Both the position numbers and the translations under genes were made by a program. The notes beneath the pieces were generated by a model. The model saw only the letters and a program-made list of their open reading frames with translations, was not told the DNA's origin and did no database searches. From IMG/VR virus record IMGVR_UViG_3300028384_000931, positions 1 to 30,219 of that record: a stretch of DNA of 30,219 nucleotides, one strand, 5' to 3'. Source of the stretch: a virus. Its lineage: Duplodnaviria > Caudoviricetes. Positions 8,541-16,099 of this stretch are shown here, one piece after another; the first letter of the stretch is position 1, and each line of letters opens with the position of its first letter.

Positions 8541-8594
8541 GTGGTGTTTGCTTACGCTTTAGCGTTCTTTCACGGTCTGCGGTGAATGCGTTGC

Positions 8595-8918
8595 TCATTT
8601 CAATGCCTCCTTTTCTTCATGCGCCGTTCTCAATTCCTTTTCAGCCTGCGCCAATTCTTCTTGAATGCGCCAAACCTTTTCTTGAATCTTTTCGATATTA
8701 CGCTTCGCTAAGATTCTGTCGAAGTCTTTTTGCGTATCTAAGAGATAGATTGCGTGGCTGATTTGCTTAGGGCGCAAATGCTCGATGCAATGCGCAATCG
8801 CTCTTTCTCTTGCGTCTGTCAAGTTGTCATCAATAACTGGAAATATGGCGGTGTAGTCTGCGCCAGCATCAACAACAAATGCGGGAAATTCTGCGAATGC
8901 GGGAAATTGTGCGCTCAT
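8595..8918 (-). CDS. Hypothetical protein with C-terminal coiled coil
   Basis: Start MSAQF at 8918 (GGAGG SD; ATGA overlap). Confidence 0.7.
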   Translation of the reverse strand: MSAQFPAFAEFPAFVVDAGADYTAIFPVIDDNLTDARERAIAHCIEHLRPKQISHAIYLLDTQKDFDRILAKRNIEKIQEKVWRIQEELAQAEKELRTAHEEKEALK

Positions 8919-9238
8919 TCGCTCGCCTCCATGTCCTTGCGCACTTTGTCGCACACATACATGGCGGTGTCAAAGTTTGCGCCTTCAAGTGGGTTTGAGT
9001 GAACTGGCAAATCCGCTTTCAAGTGGGAAAGGTGGTTGACGACTTTGCGCATTTCTTTCGGCGTGGGTATGTCCGTAGCCGTGTCTGCCATGTCGATGAA
9101 ACCGATGACGGAATGGATTGCGTGCGCAATTTGCATACGCATGTCCTTGTTCAGTTTGCCCGAATAGAGCAGACTGTGTGCGTGCGTGAGGTTGCTCTTA
9201 ATCAGTGCCTTCGTTCCTTCGTTCAGTTGGTTGTTCAT
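8915..9238 (-). CDS. Hypothetical protein
   Basis: ORF track; coupled. Confidence 0.7.
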   Translation of the reverse strand: MNNQLNEGTKALIKSNLTHAHSLLYSGKLNKDMRMQIAHAIHSVIGFIDMADTATDIPTPKEMRKVVNHLSHLKADLPVHSNPLEGANFDTAMYVCDKVRKDMEASE

Positions 9239-9375
9239 TGAATCATCTCCATTGTCAATTCCGATATTCTAAGCCCTGCGTCAATCAAAGCCTTCGCTTT
9301 GAGGTATTGCTCATAGGTGATACTCTCGCCTGTGATGTGCAGATTTAGCGCATAATAAATTTCTTCGCCACTCAT
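9235..9375 (-). CDS. Small hypothetical protein (46 aa)
   Basis: Read manually: MSGEEIYYALNLHITGESITYEQYLKAK...; ATGA overlaps at both ends. Confidence 0.6.
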   Translation of the reverse strand: MSGEEIYYALNLHITGESITYEQYLKAKALIDAGLRISELTMEMIQ

Positions 9376-9710
9376 TCTTCTTCGCCTCCTGTGTTTTGCT
9401 TGCGCACCCAAAGCGCACCGTCGCCGTTGCGCAGGCTGATACAGTCAACCGTAGGGTGTGCAAGAATGTGATACCGCCCAATGCGACCATCGGGCAGGCT
9501 AACCATGTGCGAGTCCACGACTGCGCACCATGTCCCGCCCAACTCTTCGGGCAGGCGGATTGTGTTGAATGTGTCTGTGGGGATGAAAACGCCGTCGCCC
9601 ATGTCGACTGCGCCGTTGCCGTCCGTCCAACCAACGGAGTTGCCGAAGGGGTCGGTGCGGTCGGATGCGCTCATCCATTCACCGTTCTCGTTGCGCAAAT
9701 ACTGGCTCAA
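9372..9710 (-). CDS. Hypothetical protein
   Basis: 3' part of ORF 9372-10061; TTG start at 9710 after GGAGG, overlapping the upstream stop. Confidence 0.6.
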   Translation of the reverse strand: MSQYLRNENGEWMSASDRTDPFGNSVGWTDGNGAVDMGDGVFIPTDTFNTIRLPEELGGTWCAVVDSHMVSLPDGRIGRYHILAHPTVDCISLRNGDGALWVRKQNTGGEEE

Positions 9711-10135
9711 AGTCCCGCCTCCTTCATCGCTTTGTCGATTTCTGCGCCGATGTCGACTTCGACCTCTTCTGTGCGTGTGCGCTTGAGAGGTGGCAGGATT
9801 GCCTTGTTCTTGCGTGGACGCATGATGCGCTTCTGCGCAGGCTTTGCAGTGATTGGCTTCGGCTTCGATGCGAGGCGACCGAGGTGCGCCCTTGTAGCCT
9901 GTGAGTTTGTCATGACGACGAGCAAATGTCCTGCGTTGCAAGTGAATACTCCAGTGCGTGCTTCTTGCATGTCCCTGCCACATGCAGGGCATACGCCGTT
10001 GACGCACTTCTTGTTCATGTTGGCGTGCCAGTCGGACACCCCGCCATCGGGTCGACGGCATAGGATGCCGACAGTGGTTTCACCCGCAAGGCAATTCATT
10101 CGGTAAGGCTCATAATCATCGGGGATGTTTAGCAT
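9707..10135 (-). CDS. Zn-ribbon protein with basic linker
   Basis: CPACG...FTCNAGH; has its own promoter and SD. Confidence 0.7.
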   Translation of the reverse strand: MLNIPDDYEPYRMNCLAGETTVGILCRRPDGGVSDWHANMNKKCVNGVCPACGRDMQEARTGVFTCNAGHLLVVMTNSQATRAHLGRLASKPKPITAKPAQKRIMRPRKNKAILPPLKRTRTEEVEVDIGAEIDKAMKEAGL

Positions 10136-10156
10136 ATTTCTCTCTCCTGTGGTTCT

Positions 10157-10185
10157 TCGTTGTCGTTGGGGGTATATATTTGTTT
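10157..10185 (-). promoter_or_regulatory. TATA promoter (AAATATATACCCCCAAC)
   Basis: Upstream of 10135; same TATA+C-run motif as at 8527, 12439 and 16000. Confidence 0.6.
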
Positions 10186-10846
10186 AGGCAGTTTTCCCCG
10201 CTTTCGACTTCTTTACTGCCTCCTTGACCTGCTTCGGGGTCAAGGGCAAATCCTCGCCTGCATACTGCGCCAGTGCGCTGATGTCGACCGTCCAACGGAA
10301 TCGACTGCGCAGGGCGTGGACGAGGAACGCTAAGTCCTCATAGGCTCGTTGCCCTTGCTCGGTCATGCCGTTGACTCTCGCCATGTGCGCCCTTGCTTTG
10401 CGCCCTCCCCCGTACTTGAGGGTGCGCCCCATGTGCTTGACTTGATGACATCGTGGGCATAAAATCACAACACGCTCAAGCGTTTGAACGCATTGCGCAT
10501 CGTCATAAGTCCAAACCTCATGCGCCTCGACTGCGTGCTTGCGCCCTTGATTCAGTCCCGAATCACCGCAGACCTCGCACACATGACCCGCCTCCGCATA
10601 GCAGTGCTTGCGCAACTTGTCCCATTGCGACTTCGTGAGCATACTGCGCAGGTTTGAACCCCATGTGCCGACAGGCACTAACTCGATTGTGAGGGGTGGC
10701 GCAAGAAGTGTTGCGTGCGCAGTGGCAAGTGCGACACTGGTTTCATACCGTTCATTCGCCTCGCATGATGCGCACACAGGAACGCCCTCGATATGCGCAC
10801 CCTCAAGGGTGCAAGGTTCTCCGCAAGGACAAGTCCATGCAGTCAT
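10184..10846 (-). CDS. HNH endonuclease-family protein with an extra N-terminal Zn finger
   Basis: NLRSML...WDKLR...CEVCG...EAHEVW...LCPRCHQVKH; N-terminal CPC...CASC. Confidence 0.8.
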   Translation of the reverse strand: MTAWTCPCGEPCTLEGAHIEGVPVCASCEANERYETSVALATAHATLLAPPLTIELVPVGTWGSNLRSMLTKSQWDKLRKHCYAEAGHVCEVCGDSGLNQGRKHAVEAHEVWTYDDAQCVQTLERVVILCPRCHQVKHMGRTLKYGGGRKARAHMARVNGMTEQGQRAYEDLAFLVHALRSRFRWTVDISALAQYAGEDLPLTPKQVKEAVKKSKAGKTA

Positions 10847-11115
10847 TGCAATTCCTCCATTGTTGTGATTGCGCTTTCAAGATTGATATGCGCCTCATCA
10901 ACTTCTGCGTATGCTTCCTCAAGTGCGCTCATTGCTTCTTCGATTGACTCCCCCATTGGGGAGGACTCAAGCCCACGCTCGCACATGTTGTCGAATTTCG
11001 ATTCCTCTTCACCCTGCATTTCTTCAAGCGCAGTGCGGAGGTCATCGAGAACCCCCAAAGCATTCTGCGCAGTCTTTGCCAATTTTGCTAATTTCCTTCT
11101 GTCTGTTGCGTTCAT
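10843..11115 (-). CDS. Acidic helical-hairpin protein
   Basis: EEESKFDNMCERGLESSPMGESIEEA; coupled. Confidence 0.75.
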   Translation of the reverse strand: MNATDRRKLAKLAKTAQNALGVLDDLRTALEEMQGEEESKFDNMCERGLESSPMGESIEEAMSALEEAYAEVDEAHINLESAITTMEELQ

Positions 11116-11711
11116 TCTTCTTCGCCTCCTTCGTCTTGCGCAATTGCTTCGCTCACATGGAGCATGACCTGCTCATAGATGTCCTCGTCTGCGGGTGTGC
11201 ATGTGTGTGATGCGCAGTCGCATGTGCCTTCGCCGAACCCGTCAACGAATGCACGAAACTGCCCTTCATCGAATGGTGCAAGCATGAGCATCGGCGCAAA
11301 CAACTGCTGAACGCCCTCCGTTTCGGGATGCTTGCCCAAATCGGAAAGGAACGAAGCCCTCGCATTGCTCACATCGGGCAAGTAGTCGATTGCTCGACCC
11401 TTCGCCCAAACCATGTGCGCATGACGGCATTCGCCTGTGCATGTGTGTGTGAAGTCGTCAAGCGTGGTCTGCGCCTCATCCCCAACAAAATCGTCAAGGG
11501 CAGTCTGCGCATAATCGGGTTCGAGCGAATCGACCTCGACCCATTGAAGGGTGGCGGTGGGTTCATCGTCGGAGGAAATGCAAACTTGCGATGCGCCCCC
11601 AACCGCCATATTGAAAGTCCAGTCCATGAAGACGCAGTAGCCCCAAAGTGCGCACATAATGCACACAAGCAAGCCCACTGCGCCCCAGCCTGTGAATGTG
11701 AGAGTCGTCAT
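11112..11711 (-). CDS. Membrane-anchored hypothetical protein
   Basis: N-terminal hydrophobic segment; internal repeat AQTxLDDF x2; His/Cys clusters. Confidence 0.7.
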   Translation of the reverse strand: MTTLTFTGWGAVGLLVCIMCALWGYCVFMDWTFNMAVGGASQVCISSDDEPTATLQWVEVDSLEPDYAQTALDDFVGDEAQTTLDDFTHTCTGECRHAHMVWAKGRAIDYLPDVSNARASFLSDLGKHPETEGVQQLFAPMLMLAPFDEGQFRAFVDGFGEGTCDCASHTCTPADEDIYEQVMLHVSEAIAQDEGGEEE

Positions 11712-12176
11712 TCAAATCGCCTCCCAGTGAATCTCGGATTCCTCGCAACGCTTGAACACAAGCCATGTGCCATCCATGCGCTTGACCCAGTAGCCTTGCG
11801 CCTTTATGCCTGCCTTGTCTGCACGCCATTGCTCCCAAAACTCTTCGTTGGTGTGTCCCCACCATGTAGTGCGCTTTTTGCTCATCTTCATCTCGATGTT
11901 GCCGAAGGCAATGTATGAGGTGTAAATCGGTCGAGGTTGTGGGTGAACCTCCATTTCGCAGTCATCGAAGTGGGAGATGTTCTTCTGCGCCCAAGCAATT
12001 GCGCTCGCTTTAGCGTCGTCCTTCTTGTGCGCCAAATTTTGAATGAATCGGCACATCCCGCCTCGGTTGCCGTTGGCGTAAAATGTGCGCACTTCAAGGT
12101 AAAGGGTGTAAAACTGCTCCTTCTCGCCTGTCCTGCACACATGGAGGGTTGCCTCTCTTCGTGTCATTGCGCTCAT
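11712..12176 (-). CDS. Hypothetical protein
   Basis: Start MSAMTRR at 12176 (GGAGGTG SD; ATGA overlap). Confidence 0.7.
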   Translation of the reverse strand: MSAMTRREATLHVCRTGEKEQFYTLYLEVRTFYANGNRGGMCRFIQNLAHKKDDAKASAIAWAQKNISHFDDCEMEVHPQPRPIYTSYIAFGNIEMKMSKKRTTWWGHTNEEFWEQWRADKAGIKAQGYWVKRMDGTWLVFKRCEESEIHWEAI

Positions 12177-12415
12177 TGTTCCACACCTCCTTGCATGACG
12201 ACTTGACCGCCGACAGTGATGACAAAGCGGGTTGGAAGTTGTCGAGTTTCGTTCACGATGTCTTGAAACCAATCGCCGAAGTTGTCGGGACTGATTTCGG
12301 TGGGGACAAGCATCACCAAGATGCCTGTTTCACCTGTCTCGCAGTGTTGCGTTTCGGCGGTGAATATCGCCTGTTCGTCGTCGGGCTGAATGGGGTTTGT
12401 GTTTGCTTCCTCCAT
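12173..12415 (-). CDS. Small acidic hypothetical protein
   Basis: Start MEEANTN at 12415, about 24 nt downstream of a TATA box. Confidence 0.6.
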   Translation of the reverse strand: MEEANTNPIQPDDEQAIFTAETQHCETGETGILVMLVPTEISPDNFGDWFQDIVNETRQLPTRFVITVGGQVVMQGGVEQ

Positions 12416-12429
12416 GCACCATCCTATAC

Positions 12430-12450
12430 GGTGGGGGGATATATACCCAT
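12430..12450 (-). promoter_or_regulatory. TATA promoter (GGGTATATATCCCCCC)
   Basis: Spacing to the ATG at 12415 fits a leaderless transcript. Confidence 0.6.
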
Positions 12451-12505
12451 CGCAGTCAAGCGTTCCGCAGATGTGCATTATGCGGGGTAATAATTCTATG
12501 CGGGG

Positions 12506-12558
12506 CATGTGTGCATGTGCCTCATGTGTGTGTGCGTGTGCGTGTGTGCGCATGTGCA
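12506..12558. repeat. Alternating purine-pyrimidine (TG/CG/CA) tract
   Basis: GCATGTGTGCATGTGCCTCATGTGTGTGTGCGTGTGCGTGTGTGCGCATGTGCA. Confidence 0.8.
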
Positions 12559-12952
12559 GGGCGCAGACGCAGGGCGAGGCAAAAATAATTTCTGTCAATT
12601 TTGGGCGCATACAGGCTCGGAAAGAAACCAAACGGCGCACTGTAAGTATTGCTCAAATCGACGCACTGCGCCACGCAATCGGCATGATTCGATGAAGTCG
12701 GCAAGGCTTGCGCTGAACCCCTCGCAGACCGTTGAAATTTTGCGCCGTGAGGGTCGAACCTCGCAAACTTCGGCGCAGTGCATCGTTTTTGCCATTTGGC
12801 GCAACGAAAAAAAACGCACCGATTGGCGAGCAGTGGGCTGATTGGACTCGGTGCGCACATCCAATCTCAAGCCGTTTCGTTCTCTTTTTCACCTCCGTTT
12901 TGATTTGCGTCGTTTTGTTTTTCAGCCTTTCAGTGTCCCGTTTTCAGTCTGC

Positions 12953-13900
12953 TCAAGCCTTCATGTATGGCTTGACAATGCGCACCAATTCGTTGACGGC
13001 TTCCTTGATGGCGTTCTTTCTGTTGTTGCTTGTGGGGTAGCAGTTGAGCATCATGAAATCGTCCAACTGCGGGAGATATTCCTTGATTTTCTCGACCTTG
13101 CTTTCCGACATTGCGCAGGAACGACCAAGCCCACCGCAGTAGTTGCCACCGTATTGAATCATGCCGAAAATCGCAGTACGGAAAGCCCAACCGCTTGTTG
13201 CGTTGAGAATCGACGACTGCGCCATGACTTCGCCTGCGCTCTTGATTTTCAAGACTTGAACGCCGTCCCGTTGCCCGTTTGAGTAGTAAGCACCAGCCTC
13301 ATGCGCAATTGCGAAGATTTCGACTTGATAGCCTTGCCCTTCAAGGATTTCAACCGCCAATGCGCTCACGATTGAGCGAATTGAAACAATGTCCGTGCTG
13401 ATGTTGCAGTTTGCTTGAACAGGCACGCCGATGCCGATGACTGGCACATTTTGCTCATCTTGAACACGACGGCGCAGAAAGCGACGGTCGCCACTGAACA
13501 GGCGGTCAAGGTTGATTTCTCCGAGGATTGAATTCCACTTGACTTCATCCTTGAGAGCATCACGCAGGACTTGAGGCACTGCGTCAAATACCGCTTGTTT
13601 GATGTCTGCTGGGGGTGCGCTTTCCTTTGTGTAAAAGGAATGCACAATGTCCTTCATTGTCCCGTTTTTGCCGTTCTTGAAGCATTCTGCTGGGATGGAT
13701 TTCCAACCGCCAGCACTGGCTTTGTGGTTGATGTTGTATTCCATCGAATCCAATGCGTGCTTTGAACCCAATCCGCCTTTCAGTGCAGTGATTGAGTCGG
13801 CATATGTGATTTTGCCGACCCCTTTCACGAATTCGCACTTGAAGCCGTCGACTGGGTAAGGTTCTGCGCAGTCCTCCGCTTTTTCGATTACGATTGCCAT
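12953..13900 (-). CDS. vWA-like (CobT-like) partner of the MoxR/CobS AAA+ ATPase
   Basis: GEINLDRLFSG, beta-strand VIGIGV with a degenerate MIDAS region, LEGQGYQVEI, LKIKSAGE, FRTAIF; adjacent to the AAA+ gene; GGAGGTGA SD. Confidence 0.7.
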   Translation of the reverse strand: MAIVIEKAEDCAEPYPVDGFKCEFVKGVGKITYADSITALKGGLGSKHALDSMEYNINHKASAGGWKSIPAECFKNGKNGTMKDIVHSFYTKESAPPADIKQAVFDAVPQVLRDALKDEVKWNSILGEINLDRLFSGDRRFLRRRVQDEQNVPVIGIGVPVQANCNISTDIVSIRSIVSALAVEILEGQGYQVEIFAIAHEAGAYYSNGQRDGVQVLKIKSAGEVMAQSSILNATSGWAFRTAIFGMIQYGGNYCGGLGRSCAMSESKVEKIKEYLPQLDDFMMLNCYPTSNNRKNAIKEAVNELVRIVKPYMKA

Positions 13901-13999
13901 GATTTTTCACCTCCGTTTTCGGTTTTGGTTTTTGCGCCGTTTGTCGAGAAAGTATCGAAACTGTCCGTCATTCAGTGGCGCAGTCAACCGTTTACCGCT

Positions 14000-15964
14000 T
14001 CAAGCCGACCCCCAAAGAGTTGCGTCAAATGGCACATCGTCGCCGTAGCCCAACTTGATGCAGGCTTCATCGCCGTATGCATTGCACATTCGGCGCATGA
14101 CATACTCCAAAGAGCAACCTGCTTCCATGTATTTGCGTGCCTCAATCATGCAACGATAAGAGAACACTGCGCCCTTGATTCCGTGAACATCGGCAAGTCT
14201 GCGCACTTCTCGCACTGCATCAGCCAACTCCGAAGAACCGCACACTGCGTCCTCAATTGCAGGGTCATAGTCAATGTCGATGAAGTTGCAAGCGAATCGG
14301 TCGAGGGTCGCCGAATCTTGACGGTTTGCGCTGATGTATTTCGGTGATGCGCCTTGCCCTTTTGTGTTGCCAGTGGCGACGATGATGCAAGCAGGATGAC
14401 GCATGATTCTCTCGCCCTTTGGCGTGGTGATGAAACCGTTTGCCAGTCCTGCATTCAGCGCAGAAAGGGTCGAGTCTGCGAACCTGTCCATCTCATCCAG
14501 TCCAACGATTCCGCCGTTCTTGAAGTTGGGCAAAATTGCGCCTTCGATGAATGCCCATTCGCCTGCATCCTCGCCGTTCCCATCATCGAAGAATCGTGGT
14601 GATTCACGACCAATCAATTCGGGTGCTTGCATGTCCTTGTTTGCGCTCAAGATGAAGCACTCACGCTTGCCTTTCACGCCCATTTCCTTGAACCAACCCG
14701 ATTCCTGCAAGGCGTTGTGAATTTGGTCGATGAGGTAGGTTTTCCCAGTGCCTGCTTCCCCAGTGAGGTTGAGGTTGATTGCGCCAGCATGGACGATTGA
14801 GAACAGGATTTCGGGCAACTTGTGGTGCTGAATTCCTTCGATTTTTATGACCTTCTTGTTCTTCTTCAATTCAAGGCGCAGTGGTGCTTTCAACTCCTCC
14901 GCTTTCTTCTCAATGATGCTCGTCAGTCCTACGATTGCGTCGCTCACATTTTGCCCCAGTGCCTTGCTCGTTTCGTCGAATTCTTCGCTGAAAACTCGCC
15001 TGCTGATTTTGCGCACTTCGTTTTCATCGATTTGACCCGTTGCAAGTTGACCAATCAAATCAGCCAACTGCGAGGCTTTGTCGCCTGCTTTTGCGCCGTT
15101 CATGCCTTGCTTGATTTCCTCGCCGATGTCGTCCTTGAGAGGCACTTTTTCGACTTCTTTCGGTGGACTGCGTGGCATTTCCTCCTTTGGTGTTGGTGGT
15201 GTTGGTGGCGTTCTTCCGCCTTGCTCCTTGAACCATGTGTTTTCAACGGCGCAATCGAAGCAGTGAGGCTTGTTTTGCTTGTAGCCTGCAAGTGGAAGCA
15301 TGACCTTGTATGCTCCACGCTCAATTTGAACGGCGCAAACCTTGCACTGAATCGCATTTTTGCTATGCTTTCGAGCCAGTTTGCCGAATTGCTCAAACTT
15401 GATTGGTTTCGGCTGGCGTGCCATGAGTCCCACGAATGGGACACTGAAAGCCAGTTTTGGCGCAATCAGTGCAATGATGAGGGCAAAAGAAACTGATGCA
15501 ATGACTGCGGATAAGGGCGCAGTGCATCGGTTTTCAGTCGCTTCAAGGAATCCCTCATCAATGCAACAATCGGCGCACAATCCATTGCTGAAATGTGGCG
15601 CAGTGTTGCTTTCGACATCTTCGCAAATCGGGCAAATGTTGACCTCATTGCATGTCTGGGTTTCGTTTTCAGTTGGGGAAACGGTGGACTGCGTGGCAGT
15701 TTTCCCGATTCCGAACATTGAACGAATGATGCGCCACTTCAAGCGACGGCGACCGAATCTCAAAGAAAATCGGCGTACTGCTCGCTTGAACGCATGTCGG
15801 TTCTGTGGCGTGCTTTGTTGCATGATGCGACCTTCTTCAAGGGCGCAGTCTGCGGTTTCGTTCAATGGTTGGGCTTCGTTTGTTTCGGTCATGTCAATGC
15901 TGACAGTGGGCAAAAGCATCACTGCGAGCATGAACATGATTGTTTGCATAATCTTGTTCTGCAT
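14000..15964 (-). CDS. MoxR/CobS-type AAA+ ATPase with a long N-terminal extension (hydrophobic segments, two Zn fingers)
   Basis: Walker A GEAGTGKT; Walker B IVGLDEMD; sensor-1 VATGNT; RQDSATLDRF. Start 15964 chosen from the GGAGG SD and upstream TATA. Confidence 0.85.
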   Translation of the reverse strand: MQNKIMQTIMFMLAVMLLPTVSIDMTETNEAQPLNETADCALEEGRIMQQSTPQNRHAFKRAVRRFSLRFGRRRLKWRIIRSMFGIGKTATQSTVSPTENETQTCNEVNICPICEDVESNTAPHFSNGLCADCCIDEGFLEATENRCTAPLSAVIASVSFALIIALIAPKLAFSVPFVGLMARQPKPIKFEQFGKLARKHSKNAIQCKVCAVQIERGAYKVMLPLAGYKQNKPHCFDCAVENTWFKEQGGRTPPTPPTPKEEMPRSPPKEVEKVPLKDDIGEEIKQGMNGAKAGDKASQLADLIGQLATGQIDENEVRKISRRVFSEEFDETSKALGQNVSDAIVGLTSIIEKKAEELKAPLRLELKKNKKVIKIEGIQHHKLPEILFSIVHAGAINLNLTGEAGTGKTYLIDQIHNALQESGWFKEMGVKGKRECFILSANKDMQAPELIGRESPRFFDDGNGEDAGEWAFIEGAILPNFKNGGIVGLDEMDRFADSTLSALNAGLANGFITTPKGERIMRHPACIIVATGNTKGQGASPKYISANRQDSATLDRFACNFIDIDYDPAIEDAVCGSSELADAVREVRRLADVHGIKGAVFSYRCMIEARKYMEAGCSLEYVMRRMCNAYGDEACIKLGYGDDVPFDATLWGSA

Positions 15965-15991
15965 TCGGATTCCTCCAGCCAACCCTCTCTC

Positions 15992-16010
15992 ATGGGGGGA
16001 TATAACGAGT
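15992..16010 (-). promoter_or_regulatory. TATA promoter (GTTATATCCCCCC)
   Basis: Upstream of the SD and ATG at 15964; matches the other TATA+C-run promoters. Confidence 0.55.
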
Positions 16011-16099
16011 TTCGGTCGAAAAATGCGATGCAACGGCGCAGAATCTTCAAATACACAGCCTTGACGCACAACGGTTTTTCAAATTGCGTCGTTTCAGTT

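Noticed and set aside
6194-11130. Recurrent C-terminal tails GGEEE/EGEEE/GGDE/GDAQ as a protein targeting signal
   Set aside because: Explained by the overlapping GGAGG/GGTGA SD and ATGA junction of the next gene.
12741-12777. tRNA-like element (GGTTCGA on the minus strand within a TGCGCCG/CGGCGCA hairpin)
   Set aside because: It spans only 37 nt with no D or anticodon arm, and the T-stem does not pair in canonical register. At most it is a hairpin.
15965-16069. ORF-track start of the AAA+ gene at 16069
   Set aside because: That stretch contains the TATA box and SD, so 15964 is the better start. Starts were trimmed on similar grounds for the portal, MCP and several small genes.
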